A stretch of 64,000 nt of DNA. It comes from Daphnia carinata (taxonomy: Eukaryota). Under the pieces are notes generated by a model. The model did not search any database and was not told the origin of the DNA. It saw only the letters and a list, made by a program, of their open reading frames with translations. The stretch is from assembly GCF_022539665.2 (NCBI RefSeq), contig NC_081333.1:9238001-9302000 (forward strand), written 5' to 3'. The position numbers and the translations under genes are program-made. Every line of letters starts with the position of its first letter. Position 1 is the first letter of the stretch. This document shows, piece after piece, positions 1 through 8,235 of the stretch.

Positions 1-701
1 AGTCTAGAAGTGTTACAGGATGGAAGAGTGAGCCTACAGTTGAAAAACACTGAAAGTGCATTACCATTAAGGTATGAGGTAAAGTAATAGAGTATGCAAA
101 TTGTCTAATGAGAAGTACCATCTTGTGTGAATGAATCCTGTGTAACAGCAATCCTTTATAGTTCTGTTATAGCTAGAAGCCTCAAATAATTCTGCTTCTC
201 TTGCTAAAGAACAACTTGTCCTTTACACTCAGAGTGTTGGTGAAGCTGGGTACTTAAATGGCCCTAAAGATGTTTCACTTCACTGGCATTGCAGCGATGA
301 ACATCATACATGGACTCTTTAGGTATGAAAGGAATTTTCTTGAAAAATTTTTGAATTTATGATGAAGCTTTTCTCCTCCTTTTTGCCAACCATGTCTAAT
401 CTACAAAAAAAATTTTATCCAATAGGAAAGGATTTTCATGTACTGGGAAAACAACTATCAACAATGCAACATTCTACAGGTGCTAGTTTATCATTCAAGA
501 GCCTTATACAATGAAGTTAATCTGCAATTTGTATGTCCTTTCCCAAGCTTCCACCAGAAGTTGAATCTATGAGTCATGTAAGTTCCATGATCAACAATTG
601 ATGTGTTTAACGGTGTTGTTTTTCTTTTCTCAGTGTAGGTTAATAGTAACATTGGATCTGAAAAAATTCTTGGTTGGGGCCTGACACTGAATAAATTGTA
701 A
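1..701 (+). pseudogene. 3' part of an unknown multi-exon gene or pseudogene, copy A (inverted paralog of 2523-3914)
   Basis: Splice sites are shared with copy B (AAG|GTATGAG ~72, TTATAG| ~171, AATAG| ~425, CAT|GTAAGT ~578, TGTAG| ~638). Exons read LEASNNSASLAKEQLVLYTQSVGEAG and VNSNIGSEKILGWGLTLNKL*. There is an apparent in-frame TAG at 320-322. Confidence 0.5.
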
Positions 702-1365
702 TGATTGGATGGATGACATGATATTTCTATACTTCATTCGGATTCCCGAGACGGTATTTGATATTTAAAAAATTGAAGTGCATATCTGGGCTCCCTTCCT
801 TTCCGTAGCGCCGTTTCCCCTTGACTCGTAATAAGCCCGTAGGGGGTCATGCCCCTACTGTACGGTATATATAAAAATAACATATACCGAGGTTTGGAGG
901 GCTCTGGCCGGAAAGGGGACGTGGGGGTCCGCTTAGTCCGATGATGTGTTCACGGAGGGCGACGTGGCTATCCACAAATCCGAACTAAAGGTTAATCGCT
1001 CCAGTAAAAATGTTCCATATCTTCGACTCTTCTTCCGGCTTCTCTTAGCCAATCACCGGGTAATCTCCCCGGTGGGTCAACAAGGCAGTGTCTCCCCCTG
1101 CCTGGGTTGACGGCAACTTTTGAAAGGGCTATTGTGCCTTTTTAAAGTTGCAAAAATAATTGTAATGTGCAGAGAATTGTCAATAAAATTTTTTTTATAA
1201 AATATTTTTTGCAAAATTCGTTTCTTTCATTGTCTGTATTCGCTGTGTTCACACGTTACACTTCTTATATTTAGCTTGCTTAATTCACCTTTATTGTTTT
1301 TGTCACCTTTGATGGTAAGCATTGTTTCCATTGGTTTATCGTTTATCTGTAAGTATTATTTATTA
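1..1365 (+). repeat. Left arm of a large inverted repeat (cut by the window start)
   Basis: Position 1 AGTCTAGAAGTGTTACAGGATGGAAGAGTGAGCCTACAG is the reverse complement of ~3191-3229. The match is colinear to ~1237, then degenerate to ~1365 (TTGGTTTATCGTTTATCTGTAAG vs CTTACAGATAAACGATAAACCAA at ~1871). Confidence 0.97.
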
Positions 1366-1440
1366 CACTCTTTGAATTGTTCAACTTAGATTCAAGGAAC
1401 AATCTGGATATTTTATGAAGTAATTTTGTATTTTGTTTTA

Positions 1441-1505
1441 CTGGTATGGGAACCGATCCCCAGACATTCAGCGTGCAACGCCGATGCTCTAACATTGAGC
1501 CACGA
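1441..1505 (-). other. tRNA-like unit (degenerate, TGC in anticodon position, no acceptor stem)
   Basis: The minus strand reads TCGTGGCTCAATGTTAGAGC-A-TCGGC-GTTGCAC-GCTGA...TGGGGATCGGTTCCCA: D arm, anticodon arm and a degenerate B box. It is homologous to 1797-1858. Confidence 0.6.
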
Positions 1506-1611
1506 GATATATTTAAATTTTTTATTATCGCATATCATATGTTATCGTCTAGGATGTTTATGCAGTCTTTCACAACTATATGTTTATCTTTCTATTGCTT
1601 CCATAAGGTTC

Positions 1612-1670
1612 TTAGCTCTGTGGTAGAGCTTTTATCTGCGATACCTGTTACCCTGGGTTCAAACCTCAGT
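1612..1670 (+). other. tRNA-like unit (A box and B box)
   Basis: TAGCTCTGTGGTAGAGC (D arm/A box) and CTGGG-TTCAAAC-CTCAG (T arm/B box). The anticodon arm is poor and there is no acceptor stem. Confidence 0.6.
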
Positions 1671-1796
1671 AGATGTGTAAAAATGAAGTAGAATATTGTA
1701 CAAGAGTATATTGCAGAATTGCATTTCAGTTTTATTCTAAGTGTAAATGCAAGTCCACAAGTGACTAGAAAAAAAAGCCAACTTAAAACATATGAT

Positions 1797-1858
1797 TCGT
1801 GGCTCATTGGTAGAGCATCGGCGAGGTATGCCGAACATCCAGGGTTCGATCCCTGGAT
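1797..1858 (+). other. tRNA-like unit (intact D, anticodon and T arms, no acceptor stem)
   Basis: GCTC-ATTGGTA-GAGC, TCGGC-GAGGTAT-GCCGA and TCCAGGG-TTCGAT-CCCTGGA. A box TGGCTCATTGG and B box GGTTCGATCCC. It lacks U33 and acceptor-stem pairing. Confidence 0.7.
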
Positions 1859-1860
1859 AA

Positions 1861-3229
1861 TAATAGAATGCTTACAGATAAACGATAAACCAATACCCGT
1901 CACCTTACCATCAAATGTGACAAAAACAAATAAAGCAAAGCCAAAAAAAAAAATTGATTAATGTAATGTGTGAACAAAGCTAACACAGACAATGAAAGAA
2001 ACGAATTTTGCAAAAAATATTTTATAAAAAAAATTTTATTGTCAATTCTCTGCACATTACAATTATTTTTGCAACTTTAAAAAGGCACAATAGCCCTTTC
2101 AAAAGTTGCCGTCAACCCAGGCAGGGGGAGACACTGCCTTGTTGACCCACCGGGGAGATTACCCGGTGATTGGCTAAGAGAAGCCGGAAGAAGAGCTGAA
2201 GATTTGGAACATTTTTACAGGAGCGATTAACCTTTAGTTCGGATTTGTGGGCAGCCACATCACCCTCCGTGAACACATCATCGGACGAAGCGGCACCCCA
2301 CGTCCCCTTTCCGGCCAGAGCCCTCCAAACCTCGGTATATGTTGTTTTTATATATACCGTACAGTAGGGGCATGACCCCCTACGGGCTTATTATGAGTCA
2401 AGGGGAAACGGGGCTTCAGAAAAGAAGGGAGCCCAGATATGCACTTCAATTTTTTAAATATCAAATACCGTCTGGGGAATCCGAATTAAGAAATATATGT
2501 CAATGTCATGTCATCCATCCAATCAATACAATTTATTCAGTGTCTTGCCCCAACCAAGAATCTTTTCAGATCCAATGTTACTATTAACCTATATTGAGAA
2601 AAGAAAAACAACACTGTTAAACACATCAATTGTTGATCATGGAACTTACATGACTCATAGATTCAACTTCTGGTGGAAGCTTGAGAAAGGACATACAAAT
2701 TGCAGATTAACTTCATTGTATAAGGCTCTTGAATGATAAACTAGCACCTGTAGAATGTTGCATTGTTGATAGTTGTTTTCCCAGTACATGAAAATCCTTT
2801 CCTATTGGATAAAATTTTTTTTGGTAGATAAGACCTGGTTGGCAAAAAGGAGGAGAAATTCTTCGTCATAAATTCAAAATTATTTGAAGAAAAATCCTTT
2901 CATACCTAAAGAGTCCATGTATGATGTTCATCTCTGCAATAGCAGCAAAATTAAAACATCTTTAGGGCCATTTAAATACCCAGTTTCCCCAACACTCTGA
3001 ACATAAAGGACAAGTTGTTCTTTAGACAGAGAAGCAGAATTATTTGAGGCTTCTAGCTGTGACAGAACTATAAAGGATTGCTGTTGTACTGGATTCATTA
3101 ACACAAGATGGTACTTCTCATTAGGCAATTTGCATTACTCTATTAATTTACCTCACACCTTACGGTAATGCACTCTCAGTGTTTTTTCATCTGTAGGCTC
3201 ACTCTTCCATCCTGTAACACTTCCAGACT
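1861..3229 (-). repeat. Right arm of the large inverted repeat
   Basis: Reverse complement of 1-1365. Near-identical blocks (e.g. 1986-2195 vs 1033-1237) alternate with more diverged blocks. The true arm probably extends past 3229, but its partner lies outside the window. Confidence 0.97.
2100..2390. other. GC-rich multi-hairpin module (mirror copy at ~830-1122)
   Basis: Stems: GTCAAC-AGGCAG/CTGCCT-GTTGAC (2111-2146), CACCGGG/CCCGGTG (2148-2168), CGGTATAT/ATATACCG (2333-2359), GTAGGGG/CCCCTAC (2364-2383). Confidence 0.75.
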
Positions 3230-3914
3230 TGATTTGATCCCCCGTTAAAATCTGTGAATGCAAAATAATAGCATTAAAAATACTTTTTTGATAGACAAAA
3301 AACCGAAAAGTACCTAATCCATGTTTCATGTTGAACTTGTGCCATTTCTGGGTTTCTGTACCACACCCATTTTCGGCCCAAATACGTTCCCACAATTGTT
3401 CAGTTCCTTCACTGCATGAGCTTATTACTAACGATTCTTTTAGTGCAGCACTAACAGAATTTAAATTTAACACACTGTCATGTGGTGGACTGAATAACTA
3501 AGGAATAAATAATTGTTTTTTAAAATTCTATACTTATTTTGAATTCTTATTTGAAAACTTTAGGTACCTGGCTGTGTTCACCTAATGCCAACTCATCCTC
3601 ACGTTCAGTTAGAGATGAGTTTTGAAAAACCTCCTTCACTGTTTGGAAACTGTTCCGTTCCAATTTGTTCTTTTCCCCTAGCTGAGCTTGAAGACTCAAA
3701 ATTTGAGCTACAAAACACGAATGAATAAAAGCAAATAAATAGAATCATTACGTGTTAGGCCTACGATCCTTAGCTTTGTTATCTAATATTTTGTGTTGTT
3801 CCAATAACTGGGCCTGCAGCTTCATAATTTGATCTAATAAACAATAATTAATAATTGAAAACCAATATAATAATGTTTATACTTACCATTTTTTTGTTTT
3901 ATTATCTTATCCAT
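2523..3914 (-). CDS. Unknown multi-exon gene with N-terminal coiled-coil repeats, copy B (possibly pseudogenised)
   Basis: ATG at 3914 and phase-consistent GT-AG introns give MDKIIKQKN-DQIMKLQAQLLEQHKILDNKAKD-PQILSLQAQLGEKNKLERN...-LFSPPHDSVLNLNSV...LWERIWAENGCG... The last exon reads VNSNIGSEKILGWGKTLNKLY*. No recognisable family. Internal TAG at 2906-2908 in my splice model. Confidence 0.6.
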
Positions 3915-5024
3915 TTTTCAATTGTTCCTCCAGCCACGCGTTGTTCTCCAGCCACGCTACTCAATTAACTGCTAATGGGATACAATTAACTCAAATTGCT
4001 TACATGCCTGTAATAACGAAACCGACTGATAGATGGCTACGGGTAGAAAAAAGAGAAAAAAGTGCGATTTTTTTTTTTTCCGCCATTTTTTTTTTTTTTT
4101 TTTATGTAAAACGGATTGCCATATTGGTGACCCTTTTTTCACGCCGTAGCGTACTGGTGAGCTAGCGTTATCAATAAATATTCAGTGTATTTCAAAAACG
4201 ATTGACTTAATGAAAAAAAGAAATTTTCCCAGATTCAGCATTCAATTTCGGGTATATATTCTGAGATTTTCACGTAATTCCAATGAGTGACAGTTTTTGC
4301 AGGTATAAATTTTAAGCCCGACCGACAAAATAAGCCGGACTTGTGTGTTTGACGTATAAATTGCTGTTAGCACTCTTTGTTCCTCCGTTTTTCAGGTTGA
4401 TCTCAGAAATTATAAGTCCCATGTACTAAGGTTTATTTTTGTGATTTTAGTTCAATTAGTAATCGAAATCATTTCGATTAAAGTTATACCTAGAATTAAG
4501 CCAAAAATCAAATAGTGGGATGGCGATATCTTTTGGAATTCAACGGAAAATCACATTTCATACCCAAAATCGAACCCTGATTTCGAAACACTCATTCATG
4601 TTTTCGTCATACTACCCATTTTTGAAATAGACGGAACAAACGTGCTAATTGCGCAACCATGTTTATCTTCCATTTATTTAAAAAACCATGAGTCCAAATG
4701 CAAAAACAAATTGTATTTTCGTAATCTTCTTTAAACTGGTAATTACACTTTTAACCATATAAAGGCTTAGATTTATGCAAGTGGTTAAGAAACTTTCATT
4801 TAAAATGTTTACCATCTACACAGTCCTTTTTTTACGTTCTCGACCATGCACAAAGAAATTTGTTGTGACAAGAATAAGAATTTTTGACTAGTCACCAGTA
4901 AAACTGGTAACCCACAAATAGCATATGCCTTATGTTTTATTGGCTATCATTTATTTTTCGCTTTTATGAGGTTTTTGTGAAATGACACACGTACCGAAAA
5001 GAATCTTTAGCCCAACAGGAACAC

Positions 5025-6626
5025 TTAGCAGTCATAAAATAAGCTCGCCAAAGGGTACCTTATAATGAAAGCCAACCCACTGCACATAACCTGCGGAAAG
5101 ACTAATAATGAGAAACCATGGGATGTGACAATACGAAACAAAAAAGAAAATACCTGTAAGACCATCAGATTGGCTGCTAAAGTCTTTTCGTGTTTTGGCC
5201 CCGTCAACTTAAGAGCCAAGTTTATTAACGTGCAGTTAGTGCTTTGAGACATCTCCCCATCTTTTTCTGCATGCTCCACTTTAACTAAGCCTAAAAGCTG
5301 GTATATTTTTAAGACTAGACAACCCAAACTGGTCAACGATTTTTCTTTAAACTGGAAAACACTAGGATCTAAATAGCCAGTTTTTTGGTTTAACCTGTAA
5401 AAAGTAAACAGTGGCTTGATGTAAAATAACTAGATTCAAACAAATTTTCACAACCTTGGTAAGCGATGTCGTGGGCAAGGCAAGATGTGAAAGAGTTGAG
5501 GTAACGAGAAAATAAAGTTGCCAATCTGAGGAATAAAGAACAACAAAGCGGTTTTGCTAAAGTGTCCAAGAATAGCTACTACTGCCACCGTCATTCCAGA
5601 GAAATAGCAGAAGGTGTCACCAACAAAGACACGAGCTGGATATCTAAAATGTAGGTAAGAAACAAAGACCTCTGCTTCATCTGAATCATAAGTCTGTAGC
5701 AAACACATGCTTACTTGTTGAACTGGTACAATGACAAGCTGGTAAAAAAGAAAGGAATCATAAAATAAAGGGAAAATAAATGGTTGTGCCAGCAAATTCC
5801 ATTCAGTTCAATAACATTGAACAGAATAAGGGAAGCAGCAATAACAGCAGACTGGCCAACTTCCAATCCATTGACTCCCGCATAGATGTTTATGGCATTA
5901 GTACAAAAAACAGCTAACATTCCCATATAAACATAGTACAGGAAACCTGGAGTACACAGAAAAGTGCATTTACAACTTACTGTGTGTAAAATAATATATA
6001 TGTATAACCAAAAATACTCTTACTCAAATCCAAATCATGCCCAAGCAAAAATCTCAGGGGCTTTGGTATGATTATTGTCGTTGAGTTGAAATTAGTATAA
6101 TAGACCATCAGAAGTGGCAGAGAAGCCACAGTTGGCAGCAACAGTTTATGCCTCCATTTCAAATTCAGAACATCATCAGCAAATCCAAGGAGAACCATGC
6201 AGCAAATTGAAAGTAATGCTGCAATAAACTGAACAAACTGTTGGAAATTTTTTTTTTATTTTACAAAAATGAATCAAACTTCCATGAGCCAGAAATAAAT
6301 ACCTCTTGATGAGGAAATCCCCATTCTTTGTTGAAGAAATGTTTGCTGAACGGGAAGGGAATGAATATGAACATCACAATGAGAAAAATGCAGCTACTGA
6401 TGACTCCTGCAGCCTCAGGTCTACATATGGTTTTACAGAATGTTTTCCTTTTTCATCACGGACAATTGTATAAAAGAACTTACATTTCCGGCCTGTTTTT
6501 CTTATTCAAATCCACTCCAGAAAGATGGGCTTTTATAAACATGTCCCTGAACTTGGGAACTACATTTAGGATCACCAAGGAACCTCCGATGGACAAAATA
6601 ACATTGACAGCTAATATAGTCAACAT
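5025..6626 (-). CDS. DPAGT1: UDP-GlcNAc:dolichyl-phosphate GlcNAc-1-phosphotransferase (GPT/ALG7)
   Basis: Motifs [65 protein letters not shown] and [11 protein letters not shown] at 6626, TAA at 5025. Confidence 0.97.
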
Positions 6627-6729
6627 TTCTCTTTCGTGAAACGAACTCACTTAGTTACAAGTAACCCAAAATACCTCCCCGGTACGTACATGATTTGCCG
6701 ACCCGATAGTTGGACGGTGTCACTTAACC

Positions 6730-6743
6730 GTAACTATGACAAC
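6730..6743. promoter_or_regulatory. RFX X-box
   Basis: GTAACT-AT-GACAAC matches the X-box consensus GTHNYY-AT-RRNAAC, about 175 bp upstream of the DYNC2LI1 ATG. Confidence 0.7.
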
Positions 6744-6917
6744 CAACGACCGTCAAACCATAACAAGTTCGACGTTGCCAGCGGTATCGGCAATTGACTT
6801 CTAAACATCTGGTCTCTGAAGTTCACGTTCACTGAGGTAGCATTTTAAGTTTTTAATTTTTATACTGAAACTAGGTAATAACGAAGAAAATTTAAATTCA
6901 GCTACTATACGGTGAAA

Positions 6918-8150
6918 ATGAATAAACCAGAGGAGCTTTGGAGCATCGCTGTAAAAGAAGGGCTGAATAATTATGAACGTAATGGGCAACCGGAAATCCA
7001 AACTCTGTTTTTAGTGGGAGCTCCTAAATCCGTAATGCTAATACCATATATCTGTATTTTAAATGTACTTGTTAATACATTTTAATCTAGGGGAAAACTA
7101 CTTTGATTCATGCTTTTCTGGACAAAGATGATGAGCCTAAGGTTTCACTTCCTGTGGAATACACGTATATTCGAAGGACTAACAAACATATGGTGTGTGT
7201 GGCAAAATAGTATATAATTTTTAAAACCTTTTGCAGCATCTTACTCTATATCTTCAGGTAAAAGACATCTGTTACATCTGGGAAGTCGACACTGCGAACA
7301 TTAATTTCATTAATCTGTTAACGAAAAACGAAGAGCTGGAAAGGATTTCTGTATTGTTTGTTATAGATCTTGTGGATGTTCACGATCTATGGAATGCCTG
7401 TAAACGTATAGAAGAACTTAAGATAAACTTCGAGGCAGAACAAAAGACTGTTATTGCATTCGGAATTTTAGGGACGAAATACGATCTTTTTGAGGTATTA
7501 AAAATCCATTCTAGTTTTTTTTTTCACTTTTAAATAAATTTTAAACTCACCGGATTTTATGATAAAGAGTTTATCAACTGAGAAAAAGCTCATTCTTTGT
7601 CGAATCGCAAAACACTATGCTACCATAGTTGATGGTCATTTGATTTTTTGCACCAGAAAAGATCGGACCACAATGAAGGTGGCTAAAGATCTATTTTCAC
7701 ACTTGGCATTTACAACAAAATTTAGGTAATGATTCGGACTTTGGACGGCATGGATTTCTATAAAACAACCTATTATCTCATAGCCATCCGCTTCGATTCG
7801 ATTTGAGTTCTCCTGTAATAATTCCAAAAGGTGGTGAGAATAAAAGTGATATCAACTACTTACACAACACATTTGAAATACAGTTCGCTCATTTGGTAAG
7901 TGAAATTTAAAATCGTTAATGTATACCCACCACCATTTACGCTTCAATCCCTTGAGCCGCGAAAATGTTGATACAGAATTTATAATAGCTACAACTAATT
8001 TTAAAATACAAATAATCTGTTGGTTTACTATTACAGCCGGTCACTAGTAATCTGAATGACGACGATCCTGCCAAAGATCTAAGTTATGCAAATGAAACAA
8101 TCGACAAAGAAAGAAAGAAATACCTTGAGAAAATCGAAAAAGCACCTTAA
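6918..8150 (+). CDS. DYNC2LI1: Cytoplasmic dynein-2 light intermediate chain 1
   Basis: Spliced product has LWSIA...TLFLVGAPKS|GKTTLIHAFLDKDDEPKVSLPVEYTYIRR...KDICYIWE, GILGTKYDLFE and DDPAKDLSYANETID, all resembling the D2LIC family. Confidence 0.85.
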
Positions 8151-8235
8151 TATCTGTGACACAACTGTGTCTACGTGAGAAAACAATACAACGCAGGCGT
8201 TTTGCCAACAAAATGCTTTTAAAGATGTGATTGCA

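Noticed and set aside
1797..1858. Functional tRNA-Thr(GGT) gene
   Set aside because: There is no acceptor-stem pairing and no U33, so it is kept only as a tRNA-like unit.
2222..2245. Telomerase RNA template (TAACCT) or rRNA fragment
   Set aside because: Only a 6-nt match to the TTAGG complement, and no extended rRNA signature.
2290..2425. RNase MRP RNA (GTCCCC ... AACGGGGCTT resembles the P4 helix)
   Set aside because: The GAAAGTCCCC CR-I context is absent, and the mirror copy reads AACGGCGCTA, which breaks the pairing.
4050..4990. Possible MITE or transposon remnant between the orphan gene and DPAGT1
   Set aside because: I could not identify terminal inverted repeats, a target-site duplication or a second copy in the window.
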